Origin: Candidatus Kerfeldbacteria bacterium
GTDB lineage: Bacteria > Patescibacteriota > Patescibacteriia > SBBC01 > CAIJZX01
Length of the DNA: 64,000 bases
Reading direction: 5' to 3'
NCBI GenBank assembly: GCA_016193315.1
Contig: JACPSJ010000004.1
Span: 1,708 to 65,707, forward strand
In this document: positions 20,163-29,161 of the stretch, piece by piece
Layout: each line of letters begins with the position of its first letter
How positions within the stretch are numbered: the first letter of the stretch is position 1
Notes under the pieces: generated by a model
The model's database searches: none
The model's input: only the letters and a program-made list of their open reading frames with translations
Told to the model about the DNA's origin: nothing
Translations under genes and position numbers: made by a program

Positions 20163-22420
20163 CCACCGAGATCGTCAAGCGCCTCAAGCAGACTCGGCTG
20201 GTTCGGGATGGCTTCGAGGCCCCGGCGGAGAACATCCTTGGCTTGATCCAGCTGCTCCCGGCTGCGGTAGTGCTGACTAAACGCCAAGTAGCTCAGCACG
20301 TCTTTCGCCTCCAGCGACAAGGCCCGCTGGAACGCGTCGACTGCTTGGTCGTCATGCTTGAGGGCCGACTCCGCCGTGCCCAGCGCACGCCAGTACAGTG
20401 GGATACTCCTACTCTCGGGGCCAACCCGTTGCAGCTCATCGACTGCCGCCTGGGGTTGATTGCCTTCGGACAATGCTTGAGCTTTGGCCAGTCGGGCCTG
20501 ATCGTAATTCGGTTTCTTCCGCAAGGCCTGGTCGTAGGCGGCCAAGGCCTGGCGCCATAGTTCGTCGGCTTGTGACGGGCCGCTGCCGTCGACCGGTTGG
20601 CTAGCCAGCAGTTTTCGACGACTAACCATCAGCGTTTGGCCCCAGCCAACATCGTGAATCGGACTAGCTGGTTCGAGTTGGCGGAGGGCGGTGAAGTTCT
20701 GCCCGGCCACCGTTTCGGCATCGGCAATGAACGGACTGAGACGGTTGAGGAGGTTGTTGTAGGCTTCAAAGCTGCTCGGGTCGGACGCCCGTCGGCCAAT
20801 CATCTCGCTCATGACTTCAATGGCCAATCGCACGGCCGGCTCGATATCCGACTGGCGGTTAGCCTGGAATGCCAACTCGGCTTTGGTGGCGGCGGCGTGC
20901 GCTAGCAGCGTTGCCGCGTCGAGATTCGATTGGTCAAGTTGTCGCGCCGACTGCAATAGCCGCTCGACCGGCGGCAGCGGCGCGGCCTGAGCCGCCAGGA
21001 TTCGGGCTCGATGGGTCATGATCTGGCTAGCATAGGTCTTGACTGCCGGGTACCAGAAGAGAACGAGGATCAGACTGCTGATAATGAAGCTGGTCAGCAA
21101 ACCAAGGCCGACCGGTTTGGACCGTGGCGTGGCGGCCAGCCACCACGGCCGACTCAAGCCCAACACCGACCACCACAAGAATACCCACACCAACGACCAA
21201 GCCACGAAAAAACCGCTCAGCCCAAGGGCCAGGACCGCAAAGAACGCCAGCAACCGCAACGGTTCCGTCCGTTGCCGCCACCGTTGCCACAACAACCAGC
21301 TAGCCGCGCCGATCAATGCCCCCCAGCCAATCAACCCAACGACTCCGGTCGTCGTCGCCAACTGCCACCACTCCAGTCGGCCGCGCAAAAAACGGGTGCT
21401 CCACCAGGGCGTGTCGTTGGCGGACGTGGGCCGGAGACGTACAAAGGCGTCATACCACGTATTCGGTCCAGTCCCCAGAATCGGTCGATATTTGAGGGCC
21501 GACACCGTGATGGCCGCTGTGGTCGGGTAGTCGAGACGGACTTCTTGTGGCCGGGGCACTGACGACCAGCTGGCTAGATCGCTAAATTGAGCTACCAGGC
21601 CAGCCGCCGCCAAGGCGACCGCCACCCCGACCAGACCAAAACGAGACTGCTGACCACGGCTGGATTCGACGAACACTACCCCGATCATGCCCAGCGAAAA
21701 GAAAGCCCACGCCAGGGGCTGACCAATGAATAACAGCACCAGCCAGCTGACCGTCACGCCGGCGACGATCAACCATCGCTGCCAGCCTTGGGCCGTCCGG
21801 GACCAAAAAAACAGCAGGCTGGCGCCGAAAACGGCGGCCACCAATGCTGTTTCGGTCGGCGAGGCGCTGAGGACCGAGCTGAGCGGGTGGTCGGAAATCG
21901 CCGAGGGCAGGAGGGGAACCCGAGAAAGTTGAAAGACTTGAAGCAATAAGGCTAGGCCGAGACTGGTGGCTAAGGCCAGCCAGGCAATGATCCGCTGTCG
22001 TTCCTGGCGGAAGAGGTGGCCGAGGAGAAAATACCAGCTAGCCAAGCCGATGGTGATCGGCACCGTCTCGGTCACGGCCCCGCTTAATCCGGCCACGCTG
22101 ATCCAGCGATCAAGCGACCACAGCCCGCTCAGCAACGTCACCACCGCCAGGCCGACCACTAGTCCGTCAAACCAGTGCCATGACCAGTCGTGGTGGCGTC
22201 GCTGGAGGGCGGCGACAAAACTGAACAGCCAGCCCAGCGAGACGAGCCCTAGGAAAACGATACCTTTGTGAATCTCCCGGGCATCTTCGGTCCACGGGGC
22301 GACGAGCAGCGGCACCACCAACAAAGCCAGGACCGCCGCCGAGCGCGCCAAATTTTCCCAAACTAGACCCGGATCGGGTGGGAAACGTTTGAAGATTTGG
22401 CTGACCCGTAGGTTTGGCAT
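20159..22420 (-). CDS. polytopic membrane protein with C-terminal TPR-like repeats (O-antigen-ligase/Wzy-like architecture)
   Basis: About 12 predicted TM helices, then a soluble helical-repeat domain of about 250 aa. Convergent with topA; the stop codons overlap. Confidence 0.6.
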   Translation of the reverse strand: MPNLRVSQIFKRFPPDPGLVWENLARSAAVLALLVVPLLVAPWTEDAREIHKGIVFLGLVSLGWLFSFVAALQRRHHDWSWHWFDGLVVGLAVVTLLSGLWSLDRWISVAGLSGAVTETVPITIGLASWYFLLGHLFRQERQRIIAWLALATSLGLALLLQVFQLSRVPLLPSAISDHPLSSVLSASPTETALVAAVFGASLLFFWSRTAQGWQRWLIVAGVTVSWLVLLFIGQPLAWAFFSLGMIGVVFVESSRGQQSRFGLVGVAVALAAAGLVAQFSDLASWSSVPRPQEVRLDYPTTAAITVSALKYRPILGTGPNTWYDAFVRLRPTSANDTPWWSTRFLRGRLEWWQLATTTGVVGLIGWGALIGAASWLLWQRWRQRTEPLRLLAFFAVLALGLSGFFVAWSLVWVFLWWSVLGLSRPWWLAATPRSKPVGLGLLTSFIISSLILVLFWYPAVKTYASQIMTHRARILAAQAAPLPPVERLLQSARQLDQSNLDAATLLAHAAATKAELAFQANRQSDIEPAVRLAIEVMSEMIGRRASDPSSFEAYNNLLNRLSPFIADAETVAGQNFTALRQLEPASPIHDVGWGQTLMVSRRKLLASQPVDGSGPSQADELWRQALAAYDQALRKKPNYDQARLAKAQALSEGNQPQAAVDELQRVGPESRSIPLYWRALGTAESALKHDDQAVDAFQRALSLEAKDVLSYLAFSQHYRSREQLDQAKDVLRRGLEAIPNQPSLLEALDDLGG

Positions 22421-22424
22421 CCGA

Positions 22425-23333
22425 TCATCCTCCGCGGAGACGACTGAGAAGGTGCTGGAATTCCTCGTCGGAGTAAAACTCGATACTAACTGAGCCGCGG
22501 TGCTCCCGCTTGGTGATTTTCACTTTGGTCCCAAAACGTGACCGCAGTTCGTCTTCAATGGCGCGCACAGTTGGATCGATCACGCGCCGGAGATGACGAC
22601 GGACAGTCGTTTGCTGACCCAGGTGAGCGGCCGCTCGGACCGGCAGCTGCTGTTTGAGAATTTGATCGAAGAGTCGCTGTCGTTCCTCGGGTGTAATGGC
22701 CGTCAAAAGTATTTTCGCATGGCTGGCCGTAATCGTGCCTTGCCGCAGCGCCTGCTGCATGGCCGACGGTAAGGCTAGTAACCGGACCGCATTCGCAATG
22801 GTTGTGCGGCGCTTGCCTACTTGGCGGGCGATCTCATCTTGGGTCAAGCCAAACTCCTCGCTCAGCTGCTGGTAGGCCAACGCTTCCTCAATTGGGTTCA
22901 GATCCTGACGCTGGACATTCTCGACAATCGCTAATTCCAGCTTCTCCTGCTCCCGCGATTCGCGGATGATGGCCGGCACCGCCGCCAGCCCCAGCCGCTC
23001 GGCCGCCCGCAGGCGCCGCTCGCCCGCAATCAGTTGGTACCGATCGCCAACCCAGCTGACCACCAGCGGCTGGATGATGCCGTGTTGCCGAATGGAATCA
23101 ACCAGCTCGTCGAGCGTTTCATCGTGTGTACGACGACGAGGTTGGTGCGGGTTCGGATCGATCAGCTGCGGCGGGATGTCGAACAGCCGTGATCGATCGG
23201 GCCGATCGGTGCTGGTGGCAGTCGTGGTAGCTGGGGGCGGCTTGGCTGGTAGAACCGGTGGTGGCGTGGCCACCGCTGACTTGCGTGGGATCAGCGAGCT
23301 GAGGCCGCGGCCGAGTGGTCGTTCAGATATCAT
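22425..23333 (-). CDS. parB: chromosome partitioning protein ParB/Spo0J
   Basis: ParB box GIIQPLVV...YQLIAGERRLRAAERLGL, an HTH and a C-terminal dimerisation region. Confidence 0.9.
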   Translation of the reverse strand: MISERPLGRGLSSLIPRKSAVATPPPVLPAKPPPATTTATSTDRPDRSRLFDIPPQLIDPNPHQPRRRTHDETLDELVDSIRQHGIIQPLVVSWVGDRYQLIAGERRLRAAERLGLAAVPAIIRESREQEKLELAIVENVQRQDLNPIEEALAYQQLSEEFGLTQDEIARQVGKRRTTIANAVRLLALPSAMQQALRQGTITASHAKILLTAITPEERQRLFDQILKQQLPVRAAAHLGQQTTVRRHLRRVIDPTVRAIEDELRSRFGTKVKITKREHRGSVSIEFYSDEEFQHLLSRLRGG

Positions 23334-24097
23334 CGCGGCGTGCTGTGAATCTCGTCCGCGAGCTTGCGGTAGGCCTTGGCGCCGGGTGAGTTGGGGTCGT
23401 AGTGAAGGATCGGCTGACCGTAGGATGGCGCTTCGGCCAAGCGCACGTGCCGCGGGATGACCGAGCGAAAAATCTGGTGGGGTGGAAAGTAGTGGTACAA
23501 TTCAGCCAGCACCGCCTCGGCCAACCGGAGGTCGGGATCGTACATGGTCAGAACCAAGCCCAGAATACTCAATTCATCATGCAGGTTCTGTCTGACCAAG
23601 TCGATCGTCTCCATCAGCTGGCCCAATCCTTCCAGCGAGTAATATTCCGCTTGCACTGGGATGAGGACTTCGTCGGCCGCCGCCAAGGCGTTGATCGTTA
23701 GCACCCCGAGCGACGGCGGACAGTCGATAAAAACATAGTCGTAATCATTGAGGATCTCCTCCAGGTTATCACGGAGCAAGAATTCACGTCGCTCCAGCGG
23801 GACGAGTTCGACGTTGGCACCAGCCAAGGACAGCGTGGCTGGTACCAAGTGGTACCGTTCGATGTTGGTCGGGTGAATGACCTCGCGGATCGACACTGGC
23901 GAGACGAGCATTTCATACACGCCCTGGGTCAAGTTCTTATGATCCAGACCCAAACCGCTGGTGGCATTGGCCTGCGGGTCGAGATCAATCAGCAACACCC
24001 GATGCCCGGCCCGTGCCAGGTACGCGCCGAGGTTGATGGCGGTAGTCGTCTTGCCGACTCCGCCTTTCTGGTTGACCACCGCAATAATGCGCGCCAT
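23330..24097 (-). CDS. parA: ParA/Soj partition ATPase
   Basis: MARIIAVVNQKGGVGKTTTAINL deviant Walker A. Likely start ATG at 24097; the listed ORF extends to 24283 through a non-homologous leader. Confidence 0.9.
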   Translation of the reverse strand: MARIIAVVNQKGGVGKTTTAINLGAYLARAGHRVLLIDLDPQANATSGLGLDHKNLTQGVYEMLVSPVSIREVIHPTNIERYHLVPATLSLAGANVELVPLERREFLLRDNLEEILNDYDYVFIDCPPSLGVLTINALAAADEVLIPVQAEYYSLEGLGQLMETIDLVRQNLHDELSILGLVLTMYDPDLRLAEAVLAELYHYFPPHQIFRSVIPRHVRLAEAPSYGQPILHYDPNSPGAKAYRKLADEIHSTPR

Positions 24098-24197
24098 AGA
24101 GTGTCTGGACTGGATGAGTATACAATTTTCTCGACCGCTCGACAACTTGGTGCGTTGACAACCAGCCGCTCGTTGACTACACTGCATACTGATCTCC

Positions 24198-24281
24198 TGC
24201 CGCCGTGGTGGAACTGGCAGACACGCAGGACTCAAAATCCTGTGGGGGCAACCCCATGTCGGTTCGATTCCGACCGGCGGC
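24198..24281 (+). tRNA. tRNA-Leu(CAA), type II, long variable arm, no encoded CCA
   Basis: Hand-folded. Acceptor gccgccg/cggcggc, anticodon stem cagga/tcctg with loop CTCAAAA, variable arm gggggcaacccc, T-loop TTCGATT. Confidence 0.85.
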
Positions 24282-24332
24282 ACATCCTAAAACGGGTGCG
24301 TCGACATCAAGTAACAATGCTATACTCCTCCC

Positions 24333-24575
24333 ATGCCGAATCGTTTGGTTGAAATTATCGGTTGGTACGGTGCGGTCGCGATACTCGGCGGTTACGCTCT
24401 GATCAGCGCCGGCACCATTCCCGCCCGCGGCTATCTCTACCAACTACTGGTGCTGAGCGGCGCGCTCAGTCTGAGCTATGTTTCGCTGCGGAAGAAAGCG
24501 AATCAACCAGCCTTGGTAAATATCATCTCGGCCATCGTGGCGGTGATCACCATCTTCAGCTTGCTACGATCCTAG
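24333..24575 (+). CDS. small 3-TM membrane protein, unknown function
   Basis: Listed ORF; hydrophobic helices only. Confidence 0.4.
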   Translation: MPNRLVEIIGWYGAVAILGGYALISAGTIPARGYLYQLLVLSGALSLSYVSLRKKANQPALVNIISAIVAVITIFSLLRS

Positions 24576-24651
24576 CCACGGCGGTCACCGCGGTCATCAA
24601 AAACTAATCTCGGTCGATCCCGCATTCGGGGTGACGAAAGGAGGTGGTATC

Positions 24652-24921
24652 GTGTATATCGTTCGTGACGTGTTGATCGCTAAACCGGGCCTGGCTTCGA
24701 AACTAGCGGCGATGATGAAAGAGGCTTGGCCGGAGGCTAAGGTCATGACCGACATGACCGGCGTTTTTAACAAGGTGGTAATGGAAGCTGAATATCCTGA
24801 CCTGGCTGCCTTTGAGCGCCACTTGCAAGAATACATGGCGGGAAAAGCGGGCCAGCCGAAAATGACTGGTTACACAGAAATGTATAGCCAGGGCAAACGG
24901 GAAATTTATCGCGTTTGGTAG
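24652..24921 (+). CDS. small soluble protein, unknown function (possibly alpha+beta barrel-like)
   Basis: Strong SD aaaGGAGGTggtatc-GTG at 24652; the listed ORF starts at 24631. Confidence 0.4.
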   Translation: MYIVRDVLIAKPGLASKLAAMMKEAWPEAKVMTDMTGVFNKVVMEAEYPDLAAFERHLQEYMAGKAGQPKMTGYTEMYSQGKREIYRVW

Positions 24922-25059
24922 CCCGTGCCATCTGGACGTACACGAATTTCGGTTTCAGTAAGGCCGACAGATCGGCGCGCTATCATCGTGATAAGTATCT
25001 GTAGCCTGCCCATTTATGGGCTTCCTAAATGTACCACAATTCGCGTCCGTCCCGGTCAC

Positions 25060-25596
25060 ATGAAAACTGTCAATTCCAATCCAGCTATCCCGGACGTAGT
25101 CCGTAAGTTCGACGCCGCGCTCCCCCATTTTCCTGATGGGCGGATTGATTATCGCGGGTCAGGCCGGGCGGCGGTTATTAATGTCGTTGTCAGTGATGGG
25201 CATAAAATTCTTCTACTCAAGAGAAGTAGCCGGGTCGGTGCTTACCGCGGTTTGTGGGCCACGATCGATGGGTACTATGATCGTCTCGTGCCCGTGGAGA
25301 CGATGGCCTTGACAGAACTGACCGAAGAAGTTGGTGCCTCCCCGACCGATGTCGTTCAGGTTCAGACAAAGACGGCTTTTGAGATTTTCGATCCAGCCAT
25401 TCATCGGACTTGGATCGTTCACCCCGTCTACCTTGAAATCAAACACCGACCAAGAATACAGCTGGACTGGGAACACACGGAGTACCGTTGGGTTCAACCC
25501 CAAGACCTGGGTCAATATGATACCATTAAAGGACTCGACCAACTGATAACTCACGTATGGCCATCAAAACCGTCACCATCAAGCAGGGCGCAATGA
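25060..25596 (+). CDS. NUDIX hydrolase
   Basis: Nudix box GLWATIDGYYDRLVPVETMALTELTEEVGA. Listed ORF starts at 24925; first ATG at 25060. Confidence 0.65.
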   Translation: MKTVNSNPAIPDVVRKFDAALPHFPDGRIDYRGSGRAAVINVVVSDGHKILLLKRSSRVGAYRGLWATIDGYYDRLVPVETMALTELTEEVGASPTDVVQVQTKTAFEIFDPAIHRTWIVHPVYLEIKHRPRIQLDWEHTEYRWVQPQDLGQYDTIKGLDQLITHVWPSKPSPSSRAQ

Positions 25597-25652
25597 TGCC
25601 CGGCACGCCGCAGCAAATCAACGAAGCTCCCGGCAGCTGGAACACGCTCTGA
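25557..25652 (+). pseudogene. 31-codon remnant duplicating the 5' end of the SRPBCC gene (MAIKTVTIKQGAMMPGTP...)
   Basis: Contains a 50-bp copy identical to the start of the gene at 26254. It diverges immediately afterwards and stops at 25650-25652. Confidence 0.5.
25563..25612 (+). repeat. 50-bp perfect direct repeat, left copy (atcaaaaccgtcaccatcaagcagggcgcaatgatgcccggcacgccgca)
   Basis: Identical to 26263-26312, exactly 700 bp away. The pair flanks the hicBA-like cassette. Confidence 0.85.
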
Positions 25653-25712
25653 AAGTCCCAGTCGCCGGCACCGATTGACAAGTCAGTTTGTTTCTCGTAC
25701 GATAGTGACATT

Positions 25713-25991
25713 ATGGAATCACGCCGGGTGGAACTATCTGTAACTTTTTTGCGCGCCGGGAAACGTTACGTGGCATTCAGCCCGGCTTTGGATTTGTCGA
25801 CCTCCGGCAAAACGTTCGCCGAAGCGCGCCGACACTTCGAGGAGGCGGCCGACTTGTTCCTCACTGAGCTCGACGAGATGGGGACACTCGATCAAACCTT
25901 GACCGCGCTCGGGTGGCGGAAACTAGAGCGGCGTTGGACCCCGCCCGTCCTGGTCGCTCAGGAAAACAGCCAAGTCCGGATTCCGGCTTAA
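25713..25991 (+). CDS. HicB-like (UPF0150/RNase-H-like fold) antitoxin
   Basis: ...KRYVAFSPALDLSTSGKTFAEARRHFEEAADLFLTELDE... fits the HicB_lk pattern YxAxxPxLxxxxxGxTxEEAxxxxxEAxxLxLE. Confidence 0.6.
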   Translation: MESRRVELSVTFLRAGKRYVAFSPALDLSTSGKTFAEARRHFEEAADLFLTELDEMGTLDQTLTALGWRKLERRWTPPVLVAQENSQVRIPA

Positions 25992-25997
25992 CTGGCG

Positions 25998-26228
25998 ATG
26001 GCGAAACTGGCACCGATTCACTGGCGCCGGTTCGACAAATTTTTGATTTTTGTCGGCTGCCGACTGATGCGGGAACGCGGCGACCATCGGGTCTACCAAC
26101 GGCCTGGCCTGATTCGCCCGATTGTGGTGCCGCGTGATACCCAGCTCCCGGTATTTATTATCCGGAATAATTTGCGTTTGCTTGGTGTGGCGATTGAACA
26201 GTACCTAAAAATACTCGATCAGGTCTAA
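25998..26228 (+). CDS. HicA-like mRNA interferase toxin
   Basis: ...ERGDHRVYQRPGLIRPIVVPRDTQLPVFIIRNNLRLLGV... fits the HicA motif (G-[SD]-H...VP.H...L..G). Seven nt downstream of the HicB-like gene. Confidence 0.65.
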   Translation: MAKLAPIHWRRFDKFLIFVGCRLMRERGDHRVYQRPGLIRPIVVPRDTQLPVFIIRNNLRLLGVAIEQYLKILDQV

Positions 26229-26253
26229 TCAACTATACAAATCACAATACAAC

Positions 26254-26661
26254 GTGACTGGAATCAAAACCGTCACCATCAAGCAGGGCGCAATGATGCC
26301 CGGCACGCCGCACGAAGTTTTTGAGTTGTGGATGGACAGCACCAAGCATGCTGCTTTCACCGGCGGCGAGGCGAAGATCAGCCGTCAGGTCGGCGGCTCG
26401 TTCACCGTCTTCGACGGCTGGGCGACCGGCAAGAATGTGAAACTGGTGCCAGACACAACCATTGTTCAAACCTGGCGGGCCGACGATTGGCCAGCCGGCC
26501 ATTTTTCAACTATCACTGTCAGCCTGATCAAAGCCCCGAATGGCACGAAGTTTCTGTTCACTCAGACGGATGTGCCAGCCAGCAAAGCCAAGGACATCGC
26601 CCAGGGATGGCGTGATTACTATTGGGCGCCATTGAAAGCCGCCTTAGCCAAACCGAGTTAG
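26254..26661 (+). CDS. SRPBCC/AHSA1-domain protein (activator-of-Hsp90-ATPase homolog-like)
   Basis: MTGIKTVTIKQGAMMPGTPHEVFELWMDSTKHAAFTGGEAKI...; GTG start. Confidence 0.7.
   Translation: MTGIKTVTIKQGAMMPGTPHEVFELWMDSTKHAAFTGGEAKISRQVGGSFTVFDGWATGKNVKLVPDTTIVQTWRADDWPAGHFSTITVSLIKAPNGTKFLFTQTDVPASKAKDIAQGWRDYYWAPLKAALAKPS
26263..26312 (+). repeat. 50-bp perfect direct repeat, right copy (start of the intact SRPBCC gene)
   Basis: See left copy. Confidence 0.85.
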
Positions 26662-26675
26662 TTTTGGTGATTAAA

Positions 26676-27977
26676 ATGAAAGAAAAACCGACCATTGCCC
26701 CGCCGACCGGACGTCTAGGGGTCCTGCTCCCGGGTCTGGGCGCTGTGGCCACCACCTACATCGCCGGTCTCCTCCTCGCCCGTCGACAGCAAGGGAAACT
26801 ATTTGGTTCAGTCGCTGAACAAGCCCACATCCGTCTGGGCCCAAGAGCGGCAAAACGCAATCCGAAGATTCGCGACATCCTACCACTGGCGAATATCGAT
26901 GATGTGGTCTTTGGCGGCTGGGACATTTTCCCGGATAACGCTTTCGAAGCTGCAAGAAAAGCCGGCGTCTTGAGCGCCGAGCACCTGAAGGAGATCGAAT
27001 CAGAATTGTCGGCCATCAACCCCATGACCGGAGCTTTCGACCGCGATTTCGTCAAAAAACTTGACGGACCCCATGTCAAAGCCGGCGCCCGTAACCAGAT
27101 GGCCAAGGCTCTCTTCGACGATATCGAACGGTTCAAAGCGGAACACCGTTGCGATCGGCTGGTCATGGTTTGGTGCGGTAGCACTGAAGTCCACCATCAG
27201 GCAGAAGACGTCCACCAGTCACTGACAGCTTTTGAAGATAGTTTGGACTCGGACGACCGCCGGATCAGTCCGAGCATGCTTTACGCCTACGCCGCGCTGA
27301 AACTCGGCATCCCCTACGCCAACGGTGCGCCACATCTCAATAACGAAATCCCGGCCCTGCGCGAATTGGCGGACGCGACGAAAACGCCGATGATGGGCAA
27401 GGATTTCAAAACCGGCCAGACATTGATCAAAACGATCCTGGCTCCTGGATTGAAAGCTCGAATGCTCGGCGTCCACGGCTGGTTCTCCACCAATATCCTC
27501 GGCAACCGCGATGGTGAGGTGCTCGATGACCCGGGATCATTCCGGTCAAAGGAGGTTACCAAAAGCTCGGTCCTGGACACTATTTTCCAAAGCGATGTTT
27601 ACCCCGAACTGTACGGCGATATCTACCACAAGATTCGTATCAACTACTACCCACCGCGCGGTGATGAAAAAGAAGCCTGGGACAACATCGACCTTTTCGG
27701 CTGGCTCGGCTATCCGATGCAGCTGAAGGTTAACTTCTTATGTCGAGATTCCATCTTGGCCGCGCCGGTGGTCCACGATCTGGTGCTCTTTCTTGACCTG
27801 GCCAAGCGGGCCGGGCTAAGCGGCGTTCAAGAATGGCTCGGGTTCTATTTTAAATCACCCCTGACCATCGACCAATTGCCGCCCGAACACGACCTGTTCA
27901 TCCAACAGCTGAAGCTCAAGAACACGCTTCGCGAATTGGCCGGGGAAGTACCGATCACGCATTTGGAGGATCGGTAA
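26676..27977 (+). CDS. myo-inositol-1-phosphate synthase (MIPS/INO1 family)
   Basis: NAD-binding N-terminus, a catalytic core, ...NYYPPRGDEKEAWDNIDLFGWLGYPMQL...; ATG at 26676 (listed ORF from 26622). Confidence 0.8.
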   Translation: MKEKPTIAPPTGRLGVLLPGLGAVATTYIAGLLLARRQQGKLFGSVAEQAHIRLGPRAAKRNPKIRDILPLANIDDVVFGGWDIFPDNAFEAARKAGVLSAEHLKEIESELSAINPMTGAFDRDFVKKLDGPHVKAGARNQMAKALFDDIERFKAEHRCDRLVMVWCGSTEVHHQAEDVHQSLTAFEDSLDSDDRRISPSMLYAYAALKLGIPYANGAPHLNNEIPALRELADATKTPMMGKDFKTGQTLIKTILAPGLKARMLGVHGWFSTNILGNRDGEVLDDPGSFRSKEVTKSSVLDTIFQSDVYPELYGDIYHKIRINYYPPRGDEKEAWDNIDLFGWLGYPMQLKVNFLCRDSILAAPVVHDLVLFLDLAKRAGLSGVQEWLGFYFKSPLTIDQLPPEHDLFIQQLKLKNTLRELAGEVPITHLEDR

Positions 27978-28075
27978 GGGGTGCCGAGCAGGTCGCTGAC
28001 CAACGGCTATTGCCCTGAACACCGCGGGATTCAAGATTCCGGTGGCCGATTCTTTCTCCGTCCGAAGAGCTAGAT

Positions 28076-28104
28076 TTGACAAGTGTTCCCCTCGATGCTA
28101 GGAT
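28076..28104 (+). promoter_or_regulatory. near-consensus sigma70 promoter TTGACA-N17-TAGGAT
   Basis: Hexamers at 28076-28081 and 28099-28104 with an exact 17-nt spacer, in a locally AT-richer intergenic stretch. Confidence 0.5.
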
Positions 28105-28110
28105 GATTCC

Positions 28111-28238
28111 TAATTCTATGAATCGAAATTGTCTGAACAATTCGAACATCTATACGAACGCGACTTTTCCATGGCAGAAGTTGCGGCGCTGATGTAATTG
28201 TTATCCTACCCCTGGCCGCCTTCTGCAGGCGGTTTTTT
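28111..28238 (+). ncRNA. candidate ~125-nt orphan transcript (sRNA, or leader with 8-codon uORF MAEVAALM), bounded by promoter and intrinsic terminator
   Basis: Promoter ends at 28104. Terminator ccgcc-ttctgca-ggcgg + TTTTTT at 28216-28238. Tiny ORF at 28171-28197. Purely structural inference. Confidence 0.3.
28216..28238 (+). terminator. rho-independent terminator (5-bp GC stem, 7-nt loop, T6)
   Basis: ccgcc ttctgca ggcgg tttttt. Confidence 0.55.
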
Positions 28239-28328
28239 GATGTTCGTTACACTCCAATCGGCGGCATCGGCCGAAATCATCAGCTGCCGCGTTCGGTGCC
28301 AACGCGGCAATCCACCGGAGGATACACG

Positions 28329-28706
28329 ATGGAATTCAACGAGGTAGAGCAACGAGCAATTCTCGAGCATCTGCGCCGTGAATTGAACGACGTCATCCAC
28401 GATTCCGACCCCGGCTCCATTATTTTCCGGGAGGAAAGATTCGTCAGCCTATGGGGTGTGGCCGGATGCTTAAGGAATCACGGGATCAATCCGGCGTTCA
28501 TTGCCGCAACGTGCTCCTTCTTCCCGTTTCTTGGCATGATTCTCGATGCCAAGGATGAACTGTGGTGGAACTGGTCACGAGGCCACCAGCCGACGGTGGA
28601 TCGGCTCATGGGCTTGGCGGGAGAAGCCTTAGCTAACCCCAAGCTGGGAGTCACTGTACTGCCAAACGGACTGCTGCAGGCCATCAAAAACAAGACAGAG
28701 CCGTAA
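28329..28706 (+). CDS. hypothetical protein
   Basis: Listed ORF 28296..28706; ATG (MEFNEV) at 28329. No recognisable domain. Confidence 0.45.
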   Translation: MEFNEVEQRAILEHLRRELNDVIHDSDPGSIIFREERFVSLWGVAGCLRNHGINPAFIAATCSFFPFLGMILDAKDELWWNWSRGHQPTVDRLMGLAGEALANPKLGVTVLPNGLLQAIKNKTEP

Positions 28707-28721
28707 CGCCCTTTGACACAC

Positions 28722-28754
28722 GCCCGCGGGAGAGCTCTCGCGGCCTTTTTCTTT
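28722..28754 (+). terminator. near-palindromic hairpin (cgcgggagag|ctctcgcgg) followed by cTTTTTcTTT
   Basis: Sits 16 nt after the stop of the preceding ORF. Confidence 0.45.
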
Positions 28755-28915
28755 GGAGAGAGGGCCGGAACGAAAAGATCCGCCCCACATCTAACGATTC
28801 GAGCGGAGCTCTCCAACGCCTCGCGGCGGTCGGCCGCCACAACTGAAGCAGTTTAGTTGCTTTCGCTTCGCGAATTCGCCTCGACCCAGGCTAAGTTAGT
28901 GATTTGGTAGCAGGG

Positions 28916-28984
28916 GGCGGATTTTCCCGCGGAGCGGGATCCCGCCTACTTTTTTAGAACAACAGGAGCGGGAGAACCGCTGGC
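28916..28984 (-). repeat. GC-rich bipartite hairpin repeat, copy E1
   Basis: Part 1 ggcggattttcccgcggagcgggatcccgcc (hairpin tcccgc-n-gcggga); part 2 gagcgggagaaccgc (gcgg-gagaa-ccgc). Homologous to copies at 29090, 30764, 54485, 58113 and 62511. Confidence 0.6.
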
Positions 28985-29020
28985 ATGTGGCCCGTGTTCT
29001 AAAGTCACTTGTTTGTTACT

Positions 29021-29067
29021 GGTGGCAGGGGTGGGATTTGAACCCACGACTAAAGGCTTACCTGCCC
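29021..29067 (-). other. tRNA-like minihelix: 5' acceptor strand GGCAGGT + 12-nt linker + T-arm (GTGGG-TTCAAAT-CCCAC) + 3' acceptor CCCTGCC + encoded ACCA; D and anticodon arms absent
   Basis: Hand-folded from the reverse complement of 29021-29067; 6/7 acceptor pairs. Not the 3' end of the neighbouring tRNA-Met, which has a different T-loop and acceptor. Confidence 0.45.
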
Positions 29068-29089
29068 GCCGAGCCAACTGGTGCCAGAG

Positions 29090-29161
29090 GCCGGATTTTC
29101 CCGCCGCAGCGGGATCCCGCTAGTTTCTCATTGATCAATTGAGCGGGAGAACCGCCGACCC
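29090..29161 (-). repeat. GC-rich bipartite hairpin repeat, copy E2
   Basis: ggccggattttcccgccgcagcgggatcccgc ... gagcgggagaaccgccgacc. Lies between tRNA-Met and the minihelix. Confidence 0.6.

Noticed and set aside
20243-21562. + strand ORFs 20243..20560, 21011..21562 and 21039..21530, overlapping the membrane/TPR gene
   Set aside because: Antisense shadows of a long, coherent minus-strand membrane-protein ORF.
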